DNA of 62,416 nucleotides, the filler included, from Candidatus Woesearchaeota archaeon (GTDB taxonomy: Archaea; Nanobdellota; Nanobdellia; Woesearchaeales; GCA-2687795), in the NCBI GenBank assembly GCA_030753365.1. It is 9 parts of 9 records of this genome, joined end to end, with 100 filler letters (N's around TTAATTAATTAA, not from the genome) between each part and the next. Parts side by side here need not be neighbours in the genome. Positions count along the whole stretch, not along the records: positions 15,987 to 30,821 come from JASMCJ010000056.1; 8 more parts are not named here. One strand, 5' to 3'. The notes below the pieces were generated by a model. The model searched no databases. It was not told where the DNA came from and was given only the letters and a program-made list of their open reading frames with translations. Within the stretch, counting starts at the first letter, position 1. Each line of letters opens with the position of its first letter. Of this stretch, positions 20,377 to 29,270 are shown one piece after another. Both the position numbers and the translations under genes were made by a program.

Positions 20377-21663
20377 ATGGACATAAATCAACAGGCAGAA
20401 GAACTGAATAATATAATAAAACAAGACAATCCAGTGATTTACAGTCTTTTATCTGAAAAAGGTAAAGCTATCTTCTTTCCAAAACAGGGAATCGTAGCTC
20501 AAGCAATAGAAGCAAAAGGAAAAAAAATAAATGCAACAGTTGGAACAGCAATTGAAGATGATGGAACTCCTATGCGCCTGAATTCAATAGCAAAAAACAT
20601 TCTTCTGGATTCAAAAGAAACCTTCCCCTATGCCCCAAGCTATGGGAAACCTGAATTAAGACAAGCCTGGCTAGAGCAAATAAAAAAGAAAAACCCTTCA
20701 CTAACTGCAAAAACATCCCTTCCAATTGTTACGAATGCATTGACCCATGGTCTAAGCATGGTTGGGTATCTATTCATAAGCCCGGAAGACAAAATTATCT
20801 TACCTGATAAATTCTGGGGGAATTATAAACTAGTCTTCGAAAATGCTTATAATGGAATCTTAGATACGTTCAACACTTTCAAAGACAACCAACTGGACCT
20901 GGGAAGTTTCAAAGAAAAATTAACAGAAAAAGGAAAAAAGATCATCCTTCTAAACTTTCCCAACAATCCAACAGGATACACCCCAACAGGAAGTGAAACA
21001 GAAGAAATAATTAATATAATAAAAGAATCAGCAGAACAGGGAAATCAAACATTAGTGATATGTGATGACGCTTACTTTGGATTAGTATATGAAGAGAACA
21101 TCTATAAAGAATCCATATTCTCAAAACTGGCAAGCCTGCATGAAAATGTTCTGGCAATAAAAGTTGATGGCGCAACAAAAGAAGATTATGTATGGGGATT
21201 CAGGGTTGGCTTCATAACTTATGCATCAAAAGGAATAACAGAACAAACATGCGCAGCCTTAGAAGATAAAACAACAGGAGCAATAAGAGGCAATATTTCA
21301 AACACCTCCCACCTTTCCCAAAGCTTGGTGCTAAAAGCGCTTGCATCAGAAACTTACGGAACAGAAAAACAGGAAAAATACGCTCTGTTAGAATCAAGAT
21401 ATGAAAAAGTAAAACAAACATTAAAAAATAACAAATATTCTGAATTTTTCACACCCTTGCCTTACAACTCAGGATATTTTATGTGCATCCAGCTAAAAAA
21501 CTTAGATGCTGAAAAAATAAGAAAAACACTATTAGAAAAATATGATACAGGAGTCATTGCAATAAAGAACCTACTAAGGATAGCGTTCTCAGCAACACCA
21601 GAAAGAGATATTCCTGAATTATTCGAAAATATTTACAATGCATGTAAAGAACAGGTGCCTTAA
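20377..21663 (+). CDS. Class I/II PLP aminotransferase
   Basis: NFPNNPTG, DDAY, DGATKEDYVWGFRVGF. Confidence 0.9.
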   Translation: MDINQQAEELNNIIKQDNPVIYSLLSEKGKAIFFPKQGIVAQAIEAKGKKINATVGTAIEDDGTPMRLNSIAKNILLDSKETFPYAPSYGKPELRQAWLEQIKKKNPSLTAKTSLPIVTNALTHGLSMVGYLFISPEDKIILPDKFWGNYKLVFENAYNGILDTFNTFKDNQLDLGSFKEKLTEKGKKIILLNFPNNPTGYTPTGSETEEIINIIKESAEQGNQTLVICDDAYFGLVYEENIYKESIFSKLASLHENVLAIKVDGATKEDYVWGFRVGFITYASKGITEQTCAALEDKTTGAIRGNISNTSHLSQSLVLKALASETYGTEKQEKYALLESRYEKVKQTLKNNKYSEFFTPLPYNSGYFMCIQLKNLDAEKIRKTLLEKYDTGVIAIKNLLRIAFSATPERDIPELFENIYNACKEQVP

Positions 21664-21664
21664 A

Positions 21665-23452
21665 ATGGAAAAATCAAACTTTTCTTTCTATGATAAACAG
21701 GTAATAATTAAGAGTAATGGTAAGATTTGTAAAAATTCAGAGGACCTAACTAAAACTGAATTATTCAAAAATGTGGTTCATAGATTCTTAGATTATCTTA
21801 GGGAAAGAGATTCTCCTCTTTTGGAAGTGTTCTCGCAGAGAATGTCTAAAGACGAACAAGAGAAAACTATAATTAATCTTTTGCAAAAACTTTCAGAACC
21901 GTCTAAAGAAGAAATAATTAAAACAACTCCGGAATTTACAGATTTTTTTAAAGATAATTATTTACTTCTCCAATTTGTTGAAAACTTATATAATTATTGG
22001 CGTAATTTTGAGAGGTTTTTTGTACGTTATCCAATAGATAATGAAGAAACAAATCTATATAAGAAACCGTATAGAATGTTTAATAGAACAATAGGATCTC
22101 TTAATCACCTTGTTCGTAAAGTTTACAGAGATATTTGTGAAGGGATTACTAATGATCATCCTCGCATATATCGTCAGATACCTGCAGGATGTCAAGTAGG
22201 ACTTATTGTGAATAAAGAAAATTGGTTATGTCCTCCTGCTCCTTATGATAAATTAAAAGATATTCATTTCATTAAGCAGGTTCTTATCGAACCTCCTTTA
22301 ATTATTGACCCTCTTATGAACAAAAGAACTGGTCAATTTAGAAAAGTTGATGTGAATCCACTTGATGACGTACAGTTTAACTGTGAAGATTGGCTGTGTT
22401 ATCCTGCAAAAGTTGGTGACCTGATTATTCATCTTTTTTTCCATAATAAATTTATTGGACTAGGGACTGCTCTTGCGAACTTGTTTGATTTAGCAGATGA
22501 TAATGACCTTAAAAGAAAACCTGATGCTGTATATGCATATGGAGTTCCAGAAGAATCGCTTAAAAAATTTGGAAATCTTCCAACAGTATTTTTTGATGAT
22601 GAAAAAAATAACATACTTGTAGCTGCTGTTCCAGGATCAGATGATTTTGGTTACTTTGGTTATATTAAGAAAATGATGCTTACTTTGCATAATATTATAA
22701 TGATGAAAAGAAGCAGGTTGCCAGTTCATGGAGCTATGGTAAAAATCAGTCTTAAAAATGGAAAATCTGCTAATGTTGTTATTCTAGGAGACACGGGTAC
22801 AGGCAAGTCAGAATCATTAGAAGCATTTCGTGCTCTTGGAGAGAAATACATCCGTGATATGACTATAATATTTGATGACATGGGTTCATTAGAACTTTCA
22901 AAAGATGGCATAATAAAAGCTTATGGGACTGAAACTGGGGCATTTGTCAGATTAGACGATCTTCAGCCAGGATTCGCTTTTGGGAATATTGACAGATCAA
23001 TAATCATGAGTCCTCAAAAGATTAATGCCAGAGCTTTGTTGCCTGTTACAACTCTTAAAGAAGTTCTTCAAGGTTATCCTGTTGATTTCTTGTTATATGC
23101 AAACAATTATGAAGAAGTGGATAATGACCATCCATTTTTTGATGAATTTCATTCTATGGATGATGCACTTGAAGTATTTCGAGAAGGAGCTAGGATGGCT
23201 AAAGGAACAACTACTGAAAAAGGCATAGTTCATTCTTATTTTGCAAATATATTTGGACCTATTCAATATAAAGACCTTCATGAAAAATTAGCAAAAAAAT
23301 ATTTTAAAGCATTATTTGAATCTGGAGTTAAAGTAGCGCAATTGCGAACGCGGCTTGGAATTCCAGGATTTGAAACAAAAGGTCCAAAAAGTGCAGCAGA
23401 AGCGCTCTTTGAGGTTATATCAAAATGTCAGAATTTAACCTCCAGTCTCTGA
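21665..23452 (+). CDS. PEP carboxykinase-like P-loop protein
   Basis: GYIKK, PVHGAM, GDTGTGKSE, IFDDMG, GTETGAFVR and NAR motifs. Start moved to ATG 21665. Confidence 0.75.
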   Translation: MEKSNFSFYDKQVIIKSNGKICKNSEDLTKTELFKNVVHRFLDYLRERDSPLLEVFSQRMSKDEQEKTIINLLQKLSEPSKEEIIKTTPEFTDFFKDNYLLLQFVENLYNYWRNFERFFVRYPIDNEETNLYKKPYRMFNRTIGSLNHLVRKVYRDICEGITNDHPRIYRQIPAGCQVGLIVNKENWLCPPAPYDKLKDIHFIKQVLIEPPLIIDPLMNKRTGQFRKVDVNPLDDVQFNCEDWLCYPAKVGDLIIHLFFHNKFIGLGTALANLFDLADDNDLKRKPDAVYAYGVPEESLKKFGNLPTVFFDDEKNNILVAAVPGSDDFGYFGYIKKMMLTLHNIIMMKRSRLPVHGAMVKISLKNGKSANVVILGDTGTGKSESLEAFRALGEKYIRDMTIIFDDMGSLELSKDGIIKAYGTETGAFVRLDDLQPGFAFGNIDRSIIMSPQKINARALLPVTTLKEVLQGYPVDFLLYANNYEEVDNDHPFFDEFHSMDDALEVFREGARMAKGTTTEKGIVHSYFANIFGPIQYKDLHEKLAKKYFKALFESGVKVAQLRTRLGIPGFETKGPKSAAEALFEVISKCQNLTSSL

Positions 23453-23702
23453 CTGGTGGCAAGCTTTGCTTACTTTCGTTTCCAGAAAGCTGGAAAATTC
23501 TGAGCATGAACTGAGAAATTTGCCTTGCAAACTTCTGGTTTGTTAAAAATCCGAAGGATTTTAAACACTCAAGAACCACCTAGATGGATGGGATGGTAAT
23601 TCGTAGGAATTGTCACATTCCACCCATCTCATGAAATTCAAAGAATTTCCAAGTTCACCAGAAATATTCGATTTCTGCGTGTTTGACCAGCGGTTCTTGA
23701 CA
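23426..23702. repeat. TGTCA...TGACA modular hairpin element, copy 1 (277 bp)
   Basis: TG-TCAGAATTT..AAATTCTGA-GCATG[hairpins]C-TCAAGAACC..GGTTCTTGA-CA, with at least eight short internal hairpins. Confidence 0.8.
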
Positions 23703-23704
23703 AA

Positions 23705-23920
23705 TTAAAATAAACGCTTTTTTAAAATTGAAAATATTAATAAAGCCTTCAATAGAGCTGCCATCAAACCATGTTCCCTTTTCAAGTTCTCTTTCAGCTT
23801 CTCTATGGGGATTGTTACTGATTTTATGATTCCATGGATGTCTGTGAACTGAAGCTGAACTAATTTTATATTATCAGCTTTTGCTTTCTCCAAGGTTTTG
23901 TTTATATTTTCTTCAGTCAT
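23705..23920 (-). pseudogene. glnA: Glutamine synthetase type I N-terminal remnant, frameshifted
   Basis: IKLVQLQFTDIHGIIKSVTIP in one frame, then KGTWFDGSSIEGF in a shifted frame; similarity ends at about residue 60. Confidence 0.85.
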
Positions 23921-25025
23921 TTAGATTCATCATACTCTCAACAGCATCCATAACCTCTTCTACTGTTATCATTTTCATACATAGATTGTCTTTGCATTTT
24001 ATGTGTTTTCCTTTGTAGATTTTTATGCAGGGACTGCATTCTATGCCTTTGAAGATTGAGAGTGTGTGCTTTCCGAATGGGCCGAAGATGACAGGCGTTT
24101 CAGGACCGAAGAGGCCTATGGTTTTGATGTTTTGTGTTGCTGCGATGTGCATTGGACCGGTATCGTTTGAGATGAATAGGTTACAGCTGTTTATTAGCTC
24201 TATTAGATTTGAGAGCCTTGCGCCGCAGAATATTACTGGGTTGTGATTCATTTTGTTTCTTATGTCTAATAGTATTTCTCTTTCATCTTCAGAGCCTGTG
24301 AGAATGATTTTTGCGTTATGGTTTTCTATTAGATTGTCTGCTAAGGATGCGAATTTGTCTTTTGGCCATCTTCTTGATATTACGGTTGGGCCTGAGCCTG
24401 GACAGATGCCTACTATGAAATCGTGTTCTGAGATTTTGTTCTTTTTTAGGAAAGTGATTATGGATGCTTTGTCGCTGTCTGAGACTGTTATCTTTTCACT
24501 TGTTGGTTCTGGATGGATGCCTAATGGCTTTAATAGGTTCATGTTGTTATAGACTGAATGGATTTCTTTGTTGAATTCTATTTTGTCGTTGTATAAGATG
24601 GCTCTTAGCTTGTTTACAAAGCCGATTCTTCTTTTTCCAGCTGTGTAAGCGATTATTGCTGAGATGTTGAGCCAGTGTTCGTAGTCTATTACAAGATCAT
24701 ACTTGTTTCTTATTTGAGATAGTTGTTTTATTAGTCCGAAAAGGCTTAGGTCAACGAAGATTTTGTTGTCTATGTTTCTGTTTTTATAGAATAAATCTTT
24801 GTTCTTTTCAGGAGCTAGGATTGTTATTTCTGCATTAGGATATTTTTCTTTTAATGCCTTGATGCAGGGCAGTACATAGATGTTAGAGCCAATGCCCCAG
24901 AACATTATTATTAGGATTTTTTCTATCTTTTTTGATGGTTTTTTGAATAGTTTGAATAACCATAGGACTAAGATTAAAGGTGTTCCTAGGAATCTGTCAA
25001 TGAATTTTACTAATGAATGGTCCAT
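23913..25025 (-). CDS. Glycosyltransferase family 9 (heptosyltransferase-like)
   Basis: WGIGS, ICPGSG..RRWP, ISNDTGPMHIA, LFGPE motifs. Confidence 0.88.
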   Translation of the reverse strand: MDHSLVKFIDRFLGTPLILVLWLFKLFKKPSKKIEKILIIMFWGIGSNIYVLPCIKALKEKYPNAEITILAPEKNKDLFYKNRNIDNKIFVDLSLFGLIKQLSQIRNKYDLVIDYEHWLNISAIIAYTAGKRRIGFVNKLRAILYNDKIEFNKEIHSVYNNMNLLKPLGIHPEPTSEKITVSDSDKASIITFLKKNKISEHDFIVGICPGSGPTVISRRWPKDKFASLADNLIENHNAKIILTGSEDEREILLDIRNKMNHNPVIFCGARLSNLIELINSCNLFISNDTGPMHIAATQNIKTIGLFGPETPVIFGPFGKHTLSIFKGIECSPCIKIYKGKHIKCKDNLCMKMITVEEVMDAVESMMNLND

Positions 25026-25066
25026 AAATGCATAGAATTCTTCATCATTAATAAATCTTATTCAAG

Positions 25067-25405
25067 TTACTTGAGTTTTTTTTCTATTTTCTTTAATCTT
25101 TCAATGATTTCTCTCATATAAGGATCTTTTGCAGATTGGGCTCTTCTCTCTTCCCTGTGAAAGCCTGCCTTGTCTTCTATGTAGCCGAATAAGACCATTA
25201 GGAAAAGTACTCCTATGAAGATGGGAATGTACCATTTGGTTATATGAATGAGAATGCCATATTCTTGTAGTTTTGAAAGTACAAGAAATAATATCATACC
25301 ACTGTTGAGGATTGCTACCCAGGACATTGTTCTCTGAGCCCAGACTTTGCTGTAGACTAAGAGTTCTCTGAATTTGAAGAATATTGATAATATGATGTTT
25401 GGCAT
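25067..25405 (-). CDS. Small two-TM membrane protein
   Basis: Two hydrophobic helices and a C-terminal coiled coil; ATG at 25405 preferred. Confidence 0.6.
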   Translation of the reverse strand: MPNIILSIFFKFRELLVYSKVWAQRTMSWVAILNSGMILFLVLSKLQEYGILIHITKWYIPIFIGVLFLMVLFGYIEDKAGFHREERRAQSAKDPYMREIIERLKKIEKKLK

Positions 25406-25491
25406 AAGCTGTTTATGGGAGAAGAGGTATATAAAGGCTTTGATATACAAAATCTATTTAAATGAAGCCTGATTTAATGTATATATTATAT

Positions 25492-25613
25492 GCCTCCGTA
25501 GCATAGTAGCCATTGCGGCAGTAATTTTATGTCGAAACTTGTAGCTCTATGCAAGCCATCTGCAGGTCCAAAAGACCGGATTGAGGTCGAGGGTGCAAGT
25601 CCCTCCGGAGGCT
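25492..25613 (+). tRNA. tRNA-Thr(UGU) with three BHB introns (30/31: 25522-25536; 37/38: 25544-25557; 43/44: 25564-25583)
   Basis: Removing the three segments gives a 73-nt cloverleaf: GCCTCCG/CGGAGGC acceptor, GCAGA/TCTGC anticodon stem, CT-TGT-AA loop, GAGGG/CCCTC T-stem, U73. Each junction forms a bulge-helix-bulge; TATA-like box upstream and oligo-T downstream. Confidence 0.88.
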
Positions 25614-25669
25614 TTTTTTCTTCTAAATACCATAATATTTTAAATATCATCTTCTCTTTTCTGTATATT

Positions 25670-28360
25670 ATGCAGGATTTTAACAAGATTGCAAAGAAAT
25701 GGCAGAAGAAATGGGCTGAGGCTGGGATTTTTGAAGTAGAAGAAAAGCCTGGCAAAAAGAAGTTTTACTGTCTTGAAATGTATCCTTATCCTTCAAACCA
25801 GCTACATGTTGGGCATTTGAGGAATTATTCTATTGGAGATTCATTGGCAAGGTTCAAGAGGATGAAAGGGTTTAATGTTCTTTATCCTATGGGTTATGAT
25901 AGTTTTGGTTTGCCAGCAGAGAATGCTGCTATTAAACAGAAGGTTGATCCTGGTGAATGGACACTGAAGAATATTGAGCATATACAGAAGCAGCAGATGT
26001 CAATGGGATTGAGCTATGACTGGAGGAGAAAGGTTTCTTCTATGGATACTGATTATTATAAGTGGAATCAATGGATTTTTCTTAAATTGTATGAGAAAGG
26101 GCTTGCATACAAAAAGACGTCTGCAGTGAATTGGTGCCCTGGATGCAACACTGTGCTTGCTAATGAGCAGGTTGAACAGGGCAAGTGTTGGAGATGCTCT
26201 TCAGAGGTTGAGCAGAAAGAGCTTGAGCAATGGTTCTTTAAGATTACTAAGTATGCAGAGGAGCTGCTTAAGGATATTGATAAATTGGAGAACTGGCCTG
26301 AGAAGGTTAAGATTATGCAAAGGAACTGGATTGGGAAGAGTGAAGGTGTGGATATACTCTTTAAAGTTGAAAATACTGATAGTGTTTTGTCTACTTTTAC
26401 TACAAGGTGCGATACAATTCATAGCGTTACTTTTGTTGTTATGGCTCCTGAACATCCACTTGCAAAGGAGTTTGTTAAGGGCACAAAATATGAGACTGAA
26501 TTTAATAAAGCTTATAAGATAATCCAAAAGCAGTCAACTATCGAGAGAACAACGCCAGAAGGAAAGGATAAGATTGGCTGTTTTCTTGGTAAGTATGCAA
26601 TAAATCCTGTTACTAATGAGAGAATTCCTATCTATATTGCGAATTTTGCTTTGATGGAATATGGCACAGGAATTGTTATGGCTGATGCGCATGACCAGAG
26701 AGATTTTGAGTTTGCAAGGAAGTATAATATTCCTCTAAAATTTGTTATATCAGAAGATGGAGATGCTATTAATCCAGACAAGGCATCAAGAGCTTTCTTG
26801 AATGATGGAATACTTTTTGATTCTGGGAAGTTTTCAGGGATGCATAACAGAGAAGCGTTGCCTTTAATGGCTGACTGGCTTGAAGAAAACAAGTGGGGAA
26901 AGAAAACTGTTAATTACAAGCTTAGAGATTGGTTGATTTCACGTCAGAGATATTGGGGGACACCGATTCCTATGGTTTATTGTGATAAGTGCGGAGTTGT
27001 TCCTGTGCCTCTTGATGAACTGCCAGTTAAACTTCCTAAGAATGTTAAGTTTACAGGGAAAGGAAATCCTCTGGAAACTTCTGAGAGTTTTGTGAATTGC
27101 AAGTGTCCTAAGTGCAATGGCAAAGCTAGGAGAGAGACGGATACAATGGATACCTTTGTTGACAGTTCATGGTATTTTCTTCGGTACTGTTCGGCTAAGT
27201 TTGAGAAGCTGCCTTTTGATAAGAAAGCTGTTGGATATTGGATGCCGGTTGACCAATATATCGGCGGGATTGAGCATGCAGTGATGCATCTTCTTTATGC
27301 AAGGTTTTTTACTAAAGCGTTGCGTGATTTAGGGTTGCATGATGTTGATGAGCCTTTCTCAAGATTGCTTTGTCAGGGTATGGTTATTAAGGATGGGGCA
27401 AAGATGAGCAAAAGTTTGGGGAATGTTGTTGACCCTGCTGAGATTATTGATAAGTTTGGGCCTGATACTGCTAGATTGTTTATATTGTTTGCAGCATTGC
27501 CTGAGAAGGAGTTGGACTGGAATGACCAAGGGGTTAATGGGGCTTATAGGTTTTTGAACAAAGTGTATAATCTTGTTAATGATAATAAGAAGGAGATATC
27601 GTTTGGGAAGATTAATTCTGCTAAGCTTAATGATAAGGATAAGTTTGTGTTGAGTAGGGTACATGTTACTATTAAAGATGTGACTGCTCATATTGAAAAG
27701 TTTGAATATAGCCTTGCGATTGGGAAAACTATGGAACTTGTTAGTGATTTGTCTAAATATAAAGAGAAGGATAAGGCTGTGTTTGGAGAGGCTGTTAAGA
27801 ATGTTGTATTATTACTTGCGCCGTTTGTTCCGCATGTTGCTGAAGAGCTATATGAGGTTGTAGGTTGTAAAGGGAAGAAGTTTGTTTCTTTAGAAGAATG
27901 GCCTGAGTTTGATAAGAAGCTTATTGATGAGGAAGCGATTGCAAGCATTGGGTTTTCTGAAAATGTTAGAGCTGATATACTTTCAGTGCTTGAGTTGATT
28001 AAGCTGGAAAGCCCTAAGAAGATTAGATTGTTTGTTTCAGAGAAATGGAAGTATAACTTTTTTGATAAATTGAAGAAGGCACTTGAGAAATCTAAGGATT
28101 TTAAGAAAGTGCTTGGAGAGGTTATGGATAAAGAGCATGGAAAGGATATTTCAAAGATGCTGCCTAAGTTTATTAAAGAGCCGTCAAGAGTTCCTCAGTT
28201 TATACTTAGCCAGAAGAAGGAGTATGATATTCTGAAGGATTATGTTTCTAAGCTTGAGAATGAGTTTAAGTGCAGTGTTGAGGTTGTTAAGGCTGAAGAC
28301 AGTGACGAAGGCAAGGCTAAGACTGCAATGCCTGGAAAGGTTGGAGTATTAATTATTTAG
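25670..28360 (+). CDS. leuS: Leucine--tRNA ligase, bacterial-type core
   Basis: HVGH, DWLISRQRYWGTPIP, GGIEHA, KMSKS. Real start is ATG 25670, because the ORF-track extension overlaps the tRNA. Confidence 0.95.
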   Translation: MQDFNKIAKKWQKKWAEAGIFEVEEKPGKKKFYCLEMYPYPSNQLHVGHLRNYSIGDSLARFKRMKGFNVLYPMGYDSFGLPAENAAIKQKVDPGEWTLKNIEHIQKQQMSMGLSYDWRRKVSSMDTDYYKWNQWIFLKLYEKGLAYKKTSAVNWCPGCNTVLANEQVEQGKCWRCSSEVEQKELEQWFFKITKYAEELLKDIDKLENWPEKVKIMQRNWIGKSEGVDILFKVENTDSVLSTFTTRCDTIHSVTFVVMAPEHPLAKEFVKGTKYETEFNKAYKIIQKQSTIERTTPEGKDKIGCFLGKYAINPVTNERIPIYIANFALMEYGTGIVMADAHDQRDFEFARKYNIPLKFVISEDGDAINPDKASRAFLNDGILFDSGKFSGMHNREALPLMADWLEENKWGKKTVNYKLRDWLISRQRYWGTPIPMVYCDKCGVVPVPLDELPVKLPKNVKFTGKGNPLETSESFVNCKCPKCNGKARRETDTMDTFVDSSWYFLRYCSAKFEKLPFDKKAVGYWMPVDQYIGGIEHAVMHLLYARFFTKALRDLGLHDVDEPFSRLLCQGMVIKDGAKMSKSLGNVVDPAEIIDKFGPDTARLFILFAALPEKELDWNDQGVNGAYRFLNKVYNLVNDNKKEISFGKINSAKLNDKDKFVLSRVHVTIKDVTAHIEKFEYSLAIGKTMELVSDLSKYKEKDKAVFGEAVKNVVLLLAPFVPHVAEELYEVVGCKGKKFVSLEEWPEFDKKLIDEEAIASIGFSENVRADILSVLELIKLESPKKIRLFVSEKWKYNFFDKLKKALEKSKDFKKVLGEVMDKEHGKDISKMLPKFIKEPSRVPQFILSQKKEYDILKDYVSKLENEFKCSVEVVKAEDSDEGKAKTAMPGKVGVLII

Positions 28361-28454
28361 TTTGGGTTTTATACCCCGATGCTTGCATCGGCTTAATACG
28401 CAAACTAAATACTAAAAATACCCCGCAGCTTGCTGCGATTGGGATTTTTTATTG
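28356..28454 (-). repeat. 99-bp double-hairpin repeat, copy 2 (overlaps the leuS stop codon)
   Basis: Identical in reverse complement to 15788-15886; lies between convergent leuS and GNAT genes. Confidence 0.85.
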
Positions 28455-28464
28455 AGTGACTTTT

Positions 28465-28899
28465 TTATCTCACTTTGTATTCCATCTCAACATGAGGAAT
28501 TCCATGCATATCAAAAGGCTCGGAAACAGCATTAAACCCACATTTCTCATAGAATTTTTGTGCATGAACCTGGCTATTTAACCAAATTCTTTTTGGCTTA
28601 AGCTTCATAATTTCATTAACCATAAATCCCACAAGCTTTTTAGCAATTCCTTTTCTCCTATATTCCTTCTTGGTTGTCATTCTGCCTATATGAAACTCAC
28701 CTTTCTTTTCTTCTTTGAACCTGGCTGTTGAAACAACCTTGTTATCTGCTAATGCAATAAAATGTTTAGAAATCTTATCATCTTCATCCGGCTCCCAGCC
28801 AGACTCAAACTTTTGCTCTTTAATAAATACGTCTACCCGAAGCCTGATATAATCAATAAATTCATTAATTGTTTCAACTTGTTTGTATCTTATTTCCAT
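28465..28899 (-). CDS. GNAT acetyltransferase (ElaA-like)
   Basis: LRVDVFIKEQ, IGRM, RRKGIA, FYEKCGF, GIPHVEM; start at ATG 28899. Confidence 0.88.
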   Translation of the reverse strand: MEIRYKQVETINEFIDYIRLRVDVFIKEQKFESGWEPDEDDKISKHFIALADNKVVSTARFKEEKKGEFHIGRMTTKKEYRRKGIAKKLVGFMVNEIMKLKPKRIWLNSQVHAQKFYEKCGFNAVSEPFDMHGIPHVEMEYKVR

Positions 28900-28913
28900 T
28901 TTGTAAAAAAAGT

Positions 28914-29187
28914 AGGAAGGCATACCAAGAGATGGACACGAGTTATAACTGCTAGTTGACCTTGAGCTTTCCTAGACTCCGCTACCCTTTAAGCATCATC
29001 TTAATAAGTTATGGCTGCTATGTTCCCATCCTGACCAAGTTCCTTAAAAAGATAATCCAAAAGGACAGAGTTTCATTGTCCAGTCCAAGACTAACGGTTA
29101 AGGCTCATGCCTCTCTCTTGATTTCAGCTCCGTCTGAAGCGTGTCTACGGTAACAGGAGAGCGCTAATCTCCCAGCCTAGCCTTCCC
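28914..29187 (-). ncRNA. ffs: Archaeal SRP (7S) RNA
   Basis: Minus strand begins GGGAAGGCTAGGCTGGGAGATTAGCGCTCTCCTGTTACC (Alu-domain-like). It has a helix-6 GAAA loop, helix-8 GGTCAGGATGGGAACATAGCAGCC, and 5' GGAAGGC pairing with 3' GCCTTCC. Confidence 0.88.
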
Positions 29188-29270
29188 ATAACCCTATAAT
29201 ATAGAGCGTTTTTTAAGGTTTTCTATGGATTTTCGAATAATTTAAATATATCACTCGGATTATATTGGCT

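Noticed and set aside
23426..23702. CRISPR array or attenuator
   Set aside because: No regularly spaced identical repeats with unique spacers and no cas genes in the window. The hairpins belong to the dispersed TGTCA family.
25529..25669. 47-aa N-terminal extension of LeuRS in the ORF track
   Set aside because: It overlaps the tRNA-Thr gene and its terminator. ATG 25670 gives a normal N-terminus with a TATA-like box upstream.
28956..29153. Short ORFs over the region upstream of aspS
   Set aside because: The region is explained by the SRP RNA on the minus strand. RNase P RNA was also considered, but its conserved GAGGAAAGUCC-type motif is absent.
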